A stretch of DNA of 64,000 nucleotides from Acidimicrobiales bacterium (GTDB taxonomy: Bacteria > Actinomycetota > Acidimicrobiia > Acidimicrobiales > Aldehydirespiratoraceae). The stretch lies in the NCBI GenBank assembly GCA_965200005.1, contig OZ241331.1, positions 463,532 through 527,531 on the forward strand. Reading direction: 5' to 3'. Positions 49,621-58,438 of this stretch are shown here, in pieces. The position numbers were made by a program, and so were the translations under genes. Within the stretch, counting starts at the first letter, position 1, and the number at the start of each line of letters is the position of its first letter. The notes beneath the pieces were generated by a model. That model ran no database searches. It saw nothing but the letters and a program-made list of their open reading frames with translations, and had not been told where the DNA came from.

Positions 49621-50184
49621 TCAGCCGAAGTTCTCCCAGTAGCGCGACGGAACCGGCCCAAGCTGGCTCTGATATTTGGAACCCAGGTGACCGGTGCCGT
49701 AAGGCTGCTCCGCAGGTGTGGTCATCAGATGGAAGCTGATCTGGCCGATTCGCATTCCCGGGTAAAGCGTAATTGGCAGGTTCGCGACGTTGGAGAGCTC
49801 GAGCGTCAGCTGGCCGTCAAAGCCGGCGTCGACAAATCCGGCCGTCGAATGGATCAGCAAGCCGAGTCGTCCCAGCGATGACTTGCCTTCAAGGCGTCCC
49901 ACCAGATTGTCGGGCAGGGCTACCCGCTCCAGCGTGCTGCCCAGCACGAACTCGCCCGGATGCAAGATGAATGGATCGTTCTCGGCCGCTTCGGTGAGCG
50001 TGGTGAGCTCGGAGAGGTCTTGTTTCACGTCGATGAAGCCGAGTGTGTGATTGCGGAAAACACGGAAGAAGCGGGACAGGCGCAGGTCGACCGACGACGG
50101 TTGAATGCTGTGATCGCCGAGAGGTTCGATGATGACCTGGCCGGAGGTGAGGGCTTCCCGGATTGAGCGGTCCGACAGGATCAC
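49621..50184 (-). CDS. dcd: dCTP deaminase
   Basis: MILSDRSIREAL..., SVDLRL, and GFVDAGFDGQLTLEL, the active-site region. Confidence 0.9.
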   Translation of the reverse strand: MILSDRSIREALTSGQVIIEPLGDHSIQPSSVDLRLSRFFRVFRNHTLGFIDVKQDLSELTTLTEAAENDPFILHPGEFVLGSTLERVALPDNLVGRLEGKSSLGRLGLLIHSTAGFVDAGFDGQLTLELSNVANLPITLYPGMRIGQISFHLMTTPAEQPYGTGHLGSKYQSQLGPVPSRYWENFG

Positions 50185-50241
50185 GGGGGCACGTTAGCTT
50201 TTAGCTATGGAGTCTGACGGCGCAAGAGGAGTGATGCAGGC

Positions 50242-51030
50242 GTGCTGATCGTCATCTCACCCGCAAAGTCGCTTGACTATGATTCGCCGCTTCCCATGAA
50301 ACGGCATTCAATGCCTCGAATGCTTGATGAGGCGATGCCACTGGTGGAAGCGATGCGCCGCAAGTCGCCCGATGAACTCTCGGCGATGATGGGCATCTCT
50401 TCGAGTCTGGCGGAGCTCAACTTCGAGCGGTTTGCTGACTGGCAGACACCGTTCACGCCTCGTGATGCTCGGCCTGCGCTGCTTACGTTCAGCGGTGATG
50501 TGTATCGGGGGATGGACGCTGCGGCGACATTTGATACGCGCGACTACACGCATGCACAGAAGGTGTTGCGCATCCTTTCGGGGTTATATGGAGTACTGCG
50601 GCCGCTTGATCTGATGCAGCCTTACCGGTTAGAGATGGGATCAAAGCTCGTGACGGAGCGAGGCAACAGTCTCTATGCGTATTGGGGTGGGCGTATTACC
50701 TCTTTGCTGAATGCCGATCTTGCTGCGAGCCCCGGGCCTGCAATGGTTGTGAACCTGGCGTCTCACGAATACTTCCGTTCGGTGGACGTGAACAAGCTTG
50801 AGGGGCGCATCATCACACCCTGGTTCCTGGACAGCCGCAACGGGGCTGAACCGAAGGTGATCTCGTTCTTTGCAAAGCGTGCGAGGGGCGCGATGGCGGG
50901 GTGGATCATCCGCAACCGGGTGAAGTCGATGCGAGGCTTGCGTGGTTTCGACGGTCTCGACTACCGGTTCGATCCCTCTCGCTCTGTGCTAGCCAAGCCT
51001 GTATTCGTCCGCCACTACACAACCAGTTAG
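50242..51030 (+). CDS. yaaA: peroxide stress protein YaaA (DUF328)
   Basis: MLIVISPAKSLDY start and the LSGLYGVLRPLDLMQPYRLEM motif. Confidence 0.9.
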   Translation: MLIVISPAKSLDYDSPLPMKRHSMPRMLDEAMPLVEAMRRKSPDELSAMMGISSSLAELNFERFADWQTPFTPRDARPALLTFSGDVYRGMDAAATFDTRDYTHAQKVLRILSGLYGVLRPLDLMQPYRLEMGSKLVTERGNSLYAYWGGRITSLLNADLAASPGPAMVVNLASHEYFRSVDVNKLEGRIITPWFLDSRNGAEPKVISFFAKRARGAMAGWIIRNRVKSMRGLRGFDGLDYRFDPSRSVLAKPVFVRHYTTS

Positions 51031-51184
51031 TCAGCTAGTCAAGCGGAGCTGGTTGCAGCTCGCCGTGGCTAGGTCAACCTCGTAAGTCTTCCGGCAGTTG
51101 TGGCGCGCATGTCCGCTCGGGTCGCTCTAGTGAGTTGATCGGGTGACAAGCGTGACCCTGAACACTCCGAGTCGCTAAGCAAAG

Positions 51185-51706
51185 TCAGGCTTGCGACTCG
51201 TCCGGCGACTCTGACTCGCCAAAGAAATCCGCGGCGCCTGCTGTCTCTTGGTCGACGGTTACGTCACGTAGGTGGGTTGCGAGAGACCACTCGTGACCGA
51301 ACGGGTCCCGTACTTTGGCGAACCGGTCACCCCAGAACATCTCGGCGGGCTCCATGAGCGGCTCGGCGCCCGCTTCGACCGCTCTGACAAAGGCAGCATC
51401 ACAATCAACAACGAAGCGGTGAAGCGTGACGGACGTGCCGCCAAGCCCTAGCGGTGATGTCTCTTTGCCCTCGTTCATCTCGGGAAACTCATCACCGAGG
51501 AACACGAGAGAACCGCCGACTTCGAACTCTGCATGAACGACCCGGCCGTCGGGTGCATAGGCACGACGTTGCTCAACCGCACCGAAAGCTCGCTCATAGA
51601 AGTCGAGAGCTTGTTCCGCACCCCGTACGGCGAGATATGGCACAACGTGATCGCAGTTTGGCGGGATCGGATCGACTCCAGTGTCGGTCTGGTTTTGTGA
51701 GGTCAC
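51185..51706 (-). CDS. VOC (glyoxalase/bleomycin-resistance) family protein, PhnB-like
   Basis: VPYLAVRGAEQALDFYERAFGA and FWGDRFAKVRDPFGHEWSL. Confidence 0.8.
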   Translation of the reverse strand: MTSQNQTDTGVDPIPPNCDHVVPYLAVRGAEQALDFYERAFGAVEQRRAYAPDGRVVHAEFEVGGSLVFLGDEFPEMNEGKETSPLGLGGTSVTLHRFVVDCDAAFVRAVEAGAEPLMEPAEMFWGDRFAKVRDPFGHEWSLATHLRDVTVDQETAGAADFFGESESPDESQA

Positions 51707-51774
51707 CTGAGTGTTGCGTCTCCCTCCCCGCGCCGCTGCGCGCTCAGGGCCGCTGCGGTACGATCTGAGCCCCC

Positions 51775-51848
51775 GCGGATGTAGTTCAATGGTAGAACAT
51801 CAGCTTCCCAAGCTGAGAATGCGAGTTCGATTCTCGTCATCCGCTCCA
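51775..51848 (+). tRNA. tRNA-Gly (anticodon CCC)
   Basis: Hand-folded. Acceptor GCGGATG/CATCCGC, D-arm GTTC-AATGGTA-GAAC, anticodon stem-loop TCAGC-TTCCCAA-GCTGA, T-arm GCGAG-TTCGATT-CTCGT, encoded CCA. Confidence 0.9.
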
Positions 51849-51906
51849 AGGCTCCAGCCCTCTGGGTCCGCCAAAGCTGACATAACGGGTTGAAGGCCGG
51901 GAACTT

Positions 51907-52266
51907 CTAGCGCGCCGCAATCCGCGCACGCTCACGAACCTTGTCACGCAGTCGGCTACGGACTTCCGAGTGGAGGTCCATGTTGACGGTCGGCCCCACT
52001 TCAAGCGATGCAGCAAGACCATATCGAACTGGCTCTTTCAACTTGCCGTCAGCACGACAGTCGACGTTGATCGACAGCTCCGAACCACTGGCAAATCCAG
52101 TTGCTTGCTTTCCTTCGAAGACCTGATGCTGAACAGTTCCCTTCTTCACAGCATTGTGGTCGGCCTCGGTCGGCTTGACACCGATGACATCCTTGGACGG
52201 CATAAACCACAAACGAGCTATTCGATATTTCTGCGAATAGACGTTCACCGGGGACAGCCAACCCAA
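51907..52266 (-). pseudogene. probable out-of-frame C-terminal fragment of the S8 peptidase gene (otherwise a small hypothetical ORF)
   Basis: It has only a TTG start with no Shine-Dalgarno sequence and overlaps the 502-aa ORF by 22 nt in another frame. The sequence ...ITLGWLSPVNVYSQKYRIARLWF...GTVQHQVFEGKQA...INVDCRADG...YGLAASLEV reads like a beta-rich terminal domain, not an independent gene. Confidence 0.4.
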
Positions 52267-53753
52267 CGTGATCCTTGAGACTGACGTTCCCGGTCACCTC
52301 CAACTGCATCTAGGTCAAGTCTCGGACGACCGTCCGCGTTTCCTCCGCTGACAACGATCACGATGTTGTAGAGGTCAGCCAACCAGTCGAGAAGCCTCGC
52401 GAGCGGGCTGAGCCGACGAACGAATTGCCGTGCCGGGTCACCGAGGGCGAGACACACGATGCGCACGCTCGGTGACGCAGCCTCACCGCCGCCGGTGCGC
52501 TCAAAGACCCTGCGGAAGGCTTGATGGATGAGATCTACAAGCAACTGATCTGGCGGAGCTATCTCGTTCCGGATCAAGTCGGAGTGCGGCACAAAGATGG
52601 GACGGACGTAGATCGGCTGTGATAGAGCCACACCCGGGTTCGATAGGTCTCCGTGAGCTATCAACGAGGCCATCGCTGTTCCGTGATGCCGTTGGTCAAG
52701 CGCATACTTCGATGCGTGATCGTCAGGGTCATCGATGATCAATCGGTTGGCCAGTGCGGCGTGGTTCGACATTGGAACCCCGTCGAACAGAGCGATCCGC
52801 GGAGGACCGGAGGGGATTGCCCTATCAAACGTCAGCGCGGCCTTATGATCCGGCTCGGATGCGGAGAATGTCATGGGCCGGAAGGGGCTCACGAACATAA
52901 CTCGATCCGTTGTCAGCAATTCAATAGCCTGCGGACCATCTGCAAGAACCTGCTGAACCCGAGACATCGGAATGTCGGCGAGCAGGCCGTGGTAGGCGAC
53001 TTCTTGGCATTGATATGTGGCAATGACCGCCCCGCCTAAGCGTTGGATGATCGATGAAACTTCGTCTTCTGCGGCGCGTTGTTGCCGGTCGTCCCGTCGA
53101 TGCCACAACTCGACTTCAACCCGGCTTGTTCTTTGCTCACCGAACTCTCGGACGTGCTCAGTCCACCGATCGAGAAGATCCGTCTCACGTACCCGATCTT
53201 CGGGGCCCCATCTTCGAACCGACCGCAGTAGTCCAAAGACATCTTTGAGCGGGCCCAATCCCCACGGCAACTTTGCCGACGGATCCTGCTGCCAAAGCTC
53301 AAACAGCCGTAAGAGCTCTGTTACGGCCCGCGCGTTCGTCATCACCATGTAGAGCGACTGGGGAACCGACTTGGCGGAACGCTCACCGTCTGAGGCATAG
53401 AAGAAGTCGTCATCCGGAACGACCTCTTCCTCTTCAAGGTCAACGAGGAAGTCCAGGCCATCTAGGAGCTTCACCGCTCTCCGGAAGCCATCTACGGTGC
53501 CTGCGAGGTCGAAGACTGCAACGAGCTCTGGGGCTGATGCGGTAGTCGTGTCACCGAGCTGCGCTCTGCCTTGTTCGAGTGCAGTACGTAGCAATCGAAA
53601 CTGAGGTGTCAGACGAGCGCCCTGTCTTGACGCACTTGGACTTCGGACAGGTGGGCGGTAACCCGAAGGTGTTTTTGGGATGTCGCTCGACTGCGACGGC
53701 GGGAAAGCTAGTACCGGTCGGATGATGTTTAGGAGTGGGCTTGAGTCCGCCAT
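52245..53753 (-). CDS. S8 (subtilase) family peptidase, IetS-like, truncated before the catalytic Ser
   Basis: About 330 aa of N-terminal region, then the S8 motifs in order: Asp (IALFDGV), His (HHGTAMASLIAHG), CLALG, SGGN. The ORF stops 30 codons after SGGN and has no GTSxAxP. Confidence 0.6.
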   Translation of the reverse strand: MADSSPLLNIIRPVLAFPPSQSSDIPKTPSGYRPPVRSPSASRQGARLTPQFRLLRTALEQGRAQLGDTTTASAPELVAVFDLAGTVDGFRRAVKLLDGLDFLVDLEEEEVVPDDDFFYASDGERSAKSVPQSLYMVMTNARAVTELLRLFELWQQDPSAKLPWGLGPLKDVFGLLRSVRRWGPEDRVRETDLLDRWTEHVREFGEQRTSRVEVELWHRRDDRQQRAAEDEVSSIIQRLGGAVIATYQCQEVAYHGLLADIPMSRVQQVLADGPQAIELLTTDRVMFVSPFRPMTFSASEPDHKAALTFDRAIPSGPPRIALFDGVPMSNHAALANRLIIDDPDDHASKYALDQRHHGTAMASLIAHGDLSNPGVALSQPIYVRPIFVPHSDLIRNEIAPPDQLLVDLIHQAFRRVFERTGGGEAASPSVRIVCLALGDPARQFVRRLSPLARLLDWLADLYNIVIVVSGGNADGRPRLDLDAVGGDRERQSQGSRWVGCPR

Positions 53754-54691
53754 TGTTCAACTCTGGAGCGAGCAAAATCTACTGCATCACCACCGGGAAG
53801 ATTGAGGACGACTCGGCGTCGGATGTCGACTGCGACCTGTTCAATTTCGGCGTAGCTCGCGCCGTGGAGTTTGTCTGCCAGCGTGCGTGGCGCAAAGCCA
53901 AGGTCACCACCGAGGCGTGACTTCAGTCGCTCAAGAAACCTGGTTGCTTCGAATCTTGTTGGTGCTTGGAGATCGAGCCGCAACTGGAACCTCCGCCATG
54001 CTGCCCGATCAAGGAGTTCAGAGTGATTGGTTGAGCAAATCACGACGACATGCGCAGGCAGCCGGTCAATCTGCAAGAGCAGCGTAGACACGACCCTCTT
54101 GATCTCGCCCGTCTCGTGAACATCTGAACGCTCCTTGGCGATGACATCGAACTCATCAAAGAAGAGGACGCAACGTCTGGTTCGTGCGAACTCAAACACT
54201 GCATCAAGCCGAGACGCAGTCTCGCCCAAGAAGCTCGACACGATGCCTTCGTAGCGAACCACGTAGAAGGGCAGCATCGTCTCAGTGGCGACAGCCTCGG
54301 CAAGGGTGGTCTTGCCATTCCCTGGCGGGCCATCGAGAAGCACACGATTGCGAGGCTCAAGTCCGTAACTCCGCAGGAGATCGACGCGCCTGTGTTCTTC
54401 GATCAACTCTTCGATAGCCGTGCGGACGATGGGCTTGAGTTGCACCGACTCAAGCCGGCGCTCGGGCACTACATCGAGCACCAACCCGTTGACTGCAGAG
54501 GATGCCTCGTCGCGCGCCAGCAGATCCGGCGATCCGACTGTAGTGATGAGTTGCGCAAGCCGATCGGCGACGAGGTGGTGCTGCTTCGCTCTCTCCTCGG
54601 CAATGATCGCCTCGACAAGCGCTCGGAAACGTTGTCTGTTGCCTCTGCGTTCGGCTTCAACCAGATCAATCAACAAGTCAGCACGAGTCAT
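53729..54691 (-). CDS. AAA+ ATPase (classical AAA clade), IetA-like
   Basis: Walker A GPPGNGKTT, Walker B VLFFDEFD, sensor-1 ICSTN, second region of homology with RR. Overlaps the peptidase gene by 25 nt. Confidence 0.8.
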   Translation of the reverse strand: MTRADLLIDLVEAERRGNRQRFRALVEAIIAEERAKQHHLVADRLAQLITTVGSPDLLARDEASSAVNGLVLDVVPERRLESVQLKPIVRTAIEELIEEHRRVDLLRSYGLEPRNRVLLDGPPGNGKTTLAEAVATETMLPFYVVRYEGIVSSFLGETASRLDAVFEFARTRRCVLFFDEFDVIAKERSDVHETGEIKRVVSTLLLQIDRLPAHVVVICSTNHSELLDRAAWRRFQLRLDLQAPTRFEATRFLERLKSRLGGDLGFAPRTLADKLHGASYAEIEQVAVDIRRRVVLNLPGGDAVDFARSRVEQWRTQAHS

Positions 54692-54764
54692 TCCTATTCA
54701 CCCCCTCCACCCGTTCGCCTACTGTAGAAGGCACAAAACAAGCCGACGTGGTCGACTACGACGG

Positions 54765-55814
54765 TTAGGTGGGGGTTTGGTTTTGGTCTAGGCGGATGAC
54801 TCTTTGGTCGGTTACTACTGCTGTGATCAAGCTGGCTGGGGTTACGTCGAAGGCTGGGTTGGCGGCGTCTGTTCCTTGCGGGGTGGTGGACACGCCGCCT
54901 ACTGAGACCACCTCTTCGGAGCCTCGATCTTCGATCTTGATTGAGTTGCCGTTAGGGGTGCCCTCATCGACGGTTGACTCGGGCGCTACCACTATGAAGG
55001 GCACTCCCGCATGCTGGGATCCGAGAGCTAGCGAGAACGTCCCGATCTTGTTGGCGGTGTCACCGTTGGCGGCGATGCGGTCTGCACCGGTGAGCACCAC
55101 ATCGGCTGCGCCCCGGGCCAGCATGAACGGCCCCGCCGAGTCGACGATCAGACGATGTGATGCGCCCATGCGGCCCAATTCCCAGGCAGTTAAGCGGGCG
55201 CCTTGAAGTAGAGGTCTGGTCTCGAGCGCCAGCGCCTCTGCGAGTTGGCCTCGCTCATGAAGCGTCTGAATGACTGCAAGCGCCGTGCCACGCTCCACGG
55301 CCGCTAGTCCACCTGTGTTACAGATCGTCATAGCCCGTACGGGTCTGTGCCCGACCAACTCAAGCACTAGGTCAGCACCCCGGGCGCCCATGTCATGAGA
55401 GGCTTGCAACTCCTCGTCACGGATCACACGAGCCTCATCGAGAACTGCCTCAAAACCATCGGGGATCTTTGCCGCGGAGCGCTCGACCATTTTGGCCAGG
55501 TTCACGGCGGTGGGTCGGGCTTGGTGTAGGGACTTGATCTCAGCTTCGAGAGCAACCGCATCGTCTCCGCAGTTGCGCAGCGCCAATGCTACGCCGAATG
55601 CTCCGGCGACCCCGATCGCAGGCGCACCTCGCACGGACAACCGCTGGATTGCGGCGACAAGGTCATCCACGGTCTCAATCTGCAGCACCCGCAACTCGCT
55701 CGGGAGCGCCGTTTGGTCGACCATCTCGATTAGGCCGTCACGGCCACCAACCCAGTCAAGAGTCCGTATCGCTGACCCGGGGCCGCTCGGTTCGTTTCGG
55801 CCGCCATCGCTCAC
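54765..55814 (-). CDS. mtnA: S-methyl-5-thioribose-1-phosphate isomerase
   Basis: eIF-2B/MtnA pattern LIEMVDQTALP...VRGAPAIGVAGAFG...ANKIGT. The GTG at 55814 gives 349 aa; the 428-aa ORF extension looks non-coding. Confidence 0.85.
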   Translation of the reverse strand: MSDGGRNEPSGPGSAIRTLDWVGGRDGLIEMVDQTALPSELRVLQIETVDDLVAAIQRLSVRGAPAIGVAGAFGVALALRNCGDDAVALEAEIKSLHQARPTAVNLAKMVERSAAKIPDGFEAVLDEARVIRDEELQASHDMGARGADLVLELVGHRPVRAMTICNTGGLAAVERGTALAVIQTLHERGQLAEALALETRPLLQGARLTAWELGRMGASHRLIVDSAGPFMLARGAADVVLTGADRIAANGDTANKIGTFSLALGSQHAGVPFIVVAPESTVDEGTPNGNSIKIEDRGSEEVVSVGGVSTTPQGTDAANPAFDVTPASLITAVVTDQRVIRLDQNQTPT

Positions 55815-55893
55815 AGGTAGGCAGGCTAGTTGAACATCCTGCGCATCCCGTCTGGGCGCTCGGGCCCCGAGTAGTACATTCGAATCTGTCAGT

Positions 55894-55920
55894 TGTCTCA
55901 ACTGTCTCAACTGTCTCAAC
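55894..55920. repeat. perfect 9-bp x3 tandem repeat in the mtnA / ydeI-like divergent intergenic region
   Basis: tgtctcaac at 55894-902, 55903-911 and 55912-920, immediately upstream of the GGGGGAGG Shine-Dalgarno sequence of the + strand gene. Confidence 0.9.
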
Positions 55921-55935
55921 GGGGGAGGCGTAGTG

Positions 55936-56604
55936 ATGGGGCAAGTCCCCGGGCTTGATCTGGTCGAAGAGTTACAGAACCGTCTTGACAATGATCCAGA
56001 ACTGCGAGCTGCTTTTGAGGCGCTGACTCCTGGACGGCAACGTGGATACAACTACTACTTCTCCACGGCCAAAATGGCGAAGACTCGTGAGGCACGCATC
56101 GACAAGTATGTGGCCAAGATCCTGGATGGCAAGGGTCTGCGAGATCCAAGCGGCACCTCGAGCAAGAAGGATTGGAGCGCTAAGTCAGCGCCTGGTGGCA
56201 AACCGAGACTGCTCTCAGGCGGGAACCCTCAAATTGCCAAAGCCGATGGCGATGCTCCCGTACAGGCATATATCGCGGCGATGCCCGGTTGGAAACACGA
56301 TGTGGGTCGCGAATTGGACAAACTGATCGAGAAGGCCGTGCCGGATGTACGTAAAGCTGTCAGATGGAACTCACCGTTCTATGGAGTTGAAGGCAACGGG
56401 TGGTTCGTCAGCTACCACTGCATCACAAAATACGTGAAAGTCTCGTTCTTCGCGGGCAACATGCTGGAGCCCGAGCCGCCAGTCACCTCCAGGCACGAAG
56501 AGGTGCGGTACTTCCACATCTTCAAAAACGACAAAATTGACGAGTCGCTCGTGATGAGCTGGATGAAACAGGCCGCCGCACTGCCCGGCTGGAACGGCTT
56601 CTAG
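55936..56604 (+). CDS. YdeI/OmpD-associated domain plus DUF1801 (YdhG-like) domain protein
   Basis: The N-terminal DPELRAAFEALTPGRQRGYNYYFSTAKMAKTREARI is YdeI-like. The C-terminal AYIAAMPGWKHDVGRELDKLI...WNSPFYG...ITKYVKVSFF is DUF1801-like. An adjacent GTG at 55933 is also possible. Confidence 0.65.
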   Translation: MGQVPGLDLVEELQNRLDNDPELRAAFEALTPGRQRGYNYYFSTAKMAKTREARIDKYVAKILDGKGLRDPSGTSSKKDWSAKSAPGGKPRLLSGGNPQIAKADGDAPVQAYIAAMPGWKHDVGRELDKLIEKAVPDVRKAVRWNSPFYGVEGNGWFVSYHCITKYVKVSFFAGNMLEPEPPVTSRHEEVRYFHIFKNDKIDESLVMSWMKQAAALPGWNGF

Positions 56605-56716
56605 GACGGTACCGGCGTCCTTAGCCACATTTTAAGGTGATTCCCGAACGGGCACATCGGGTGAATTGATGTTCCTCGAAACGGTCGTAGCTCAAATCCG
56701 TGCCTGTGGCGCGGCG

Positions 56717-58378
56717 CTATGGGTCAGTGGGTTTGGTTGGACATGAGTCGATCGTTTCGCACAGGACGCTAATGGAGACGTGCCCTTCGACGCATTGGTC
56801 TAACTCTGTATCGCATATCTCGTAATCGAACTCATCGACATCTGGATGTCCCGGAGCTGTGTATTCGATCTGCTGCTTGCCCTCAGTACGAACCACACGG
56901 ACTGTGCCCAACTCGGGTTCAGTGGCGATCTGTAACTCTCGCTCGTAGATCTCAATATCTTCTGCGGAGCGATCATTGGCAAGCACATCCAAGATCACCG
57001 TGTCACCCAGCACAACGGTGTACTCATCATCGAGTGGAGCCATTCCTGCCCTGCTGTCAACGCGGATCACTGTCACATGAACTCTCGCTTCTTGATTTTT
57101 TGGCCCTTGGACAATTGCCGTGATTTTGTGCGTTCCTAAGCTCAGATCTGGAACATTAGCAACCATGTTCGCATTCCTACTTAAGATCCCATCAATGCTG
57201 CTACTCCAGATAACATTGCCGGGAGGAAAGTTCTGCCAAACGCCAGGTTCAATATTAAAGTAGCCGTCTACGTAGGCTGCTATCGAATAGAGCCCATCTG
57301 GCAGAATCACTCCATCTGCTAACCCACGAATTGATATTCTTGGTGGCTCCAGCGGACCAGTATAGGGATCATCCACTATCAGCGATTCGTCTCTAGTGCG
57401 GATAGCTGGATGAGATATGGAACCAAATGACAGCAACTGGTCCTTCGTTAGCGTTATGTGTCGAGCCAAATCTGTCCGATCCCAAATCTCGAAGCGCGAA
57501 TATTCGGGTGGATCAGTTATTTCGACTTTCCAGGAATGCATTCGATTGTCCGGGAAACTTGGATTACACCAGACGTAGTCCCGACACATTCTGAATCTCG
57601 GTGGTCTCGCGTAGAGTTGTTTGGGGTGCTCAATACGATTAGGTCGTTCACTGTTCTCGGGGTAGGCAATATCTTTCATTGTCGTGTCCCACTCAGGATC
57701 AAATCTTACAGTTCTAAGTACGACACTGTCATCACTCAGCAGCCTCAGCTCAAGATCGCCTGTATCCGACTCAACATGTCGAGGACGAGTCGATGTTCGA
57801 TTCTGATAGATATGGCTTACCGTTGCGTCTGCGTATCCAGGGAATCCATCAGACAGAACTGCATACCCCACATGGGTTACAAACCATAGTTCTTCCACAG
57901 TCACTTTTCCGAAGAACACATCAAATCGTTCGCCGGCTCGCAAGACCGGATTAACAGTGACATCATCGAGTGAAGTAGAGTCGGAAGCGTCACTCTGTTC
58001 CAACTCTTCGCTCTCTTCTTGAGAAACCTCAATAACTTCGCTGGTAGTACTACCGTCAGTTGCCGTTACCTGCGATGAACCAACAGCACCTAGTGGAAGG
58101 TCGTCACTCGACTCCCGATCATCGACACCAGTAGGCGTCGTCTCTGACTTGGGAGTGAACTCTTCGCCTGCATCACTCAGATCGACAGGAACACCCCCAG
58201 ACCGGCTACAAGCAACGGCCCACAAAAGCACTGCTAGAACAACGAACCGCCCGCATCGTGAGCCGACTAGCAAGTGTCTTCCGAACCACCACACCACGTG
58301 TGTCAACCCCCGTCCGTCTCGTCGATAGATCAGTCCGGAACCAGCAATTTCAGGCTCATTTAGTCCCCGACCAACCAA
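56717..58378 (-). CDS. secreted/lipoprotein paralogue of the central module of the metzincin-RTX protein
   Basis: Hydrophobic signal ...FVVLAVLLWAVACS. Collinear similarity to 58439-60724 (CRDYVWCNPSFPDNRMHSWKV vs CRDVPWCNPTRPENRRHNWLV; NVIWSSSIDG vs NVTWSSSIDG; LDVLANDRS vs FDVLANDLS). Visibly low GC. Confidence 0.7.
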   Translation of the reverse strand: MVGRGLNEPEIAGSGLIYRRDGRGLTHVVWWFGRHLLVGSRCGRFVVLAVLLWAVACSRSGGVPVDLSDAGEEFTPKSETTPTGVDDRESSDDLPLGAVGSSQVTATDGSTTSEVIEVSQEESEELEQSDASDSTSLDDVTVNPVLRAGERFDVFFGKVTVEELWFVTHVGYAVLSDGFPGYADATVSHIYQNRTSTRPRHVESDTGDLELRLLSDDSVVLRTVRFDPEWDTTMKDIAYPENSERPNRIEHPKQLYARPPRFRMCRDYVWCNPSFPDNRMHSWKVEITDPPEYSRFEIWDRTDLARHITLTKDQLLSFGSISHPAIRTRDESLIVDDPYTGPLEPPRISIRGLADGVILPDGLYSIAAYVDGYFNIEPGVWQNFPPGNVIWSSSIDGILSRNANMVANVPDLSLGTHKITAIVQGPKNQEARVHVTVIRVDSRAGMAPLDDEYTVVLGDTVILDVLANDRSAEDIEIYERELQIATEPELGTVRVVRTEGKQQIEYTAPGHPDVDEFDYEICDTELDQCVEGHVSISVLCETIDSCPTKPTDP

Positions 58379-58438
58379 GGTCGTGACAGCGAGACCGCAG
58401 CTCCATCAGGAAACCCACAGCGTAGGAGTCCAGGTTTA

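Noticed and set aside
52276-52290. PGTSVS tripeptide context as the S8 catalytic serine
   Set aside because: It lies only ~20 codons after the SGGN motif and 4 residues before the terminal-domain sequence ITLGW. It is preceded by an in-frame TGA and does not fit GTSxAxP, so it is most likely coincidental.
51849-54764. Duplication of the tRNA-Gly (or tRNA-Tyr) 3' end as an att site marking island borders
   Set aside because: I scanned by eye for the terminal 15-20 nt of either tRNA near 54.7 kb and in the flanks of tRNA-Tyr, and found none. This cannot be excluded without a computed search, so no mobile_element feature is claimed.
55815-56051. 79-codon N-terminal extension of mtnA containing LRQLRQLRQL
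   Set aside because: The peptide repeat is simply the translation of the 9-bp intergenic tandem repeat. MtnA homologues begin near the GTG at 55814.
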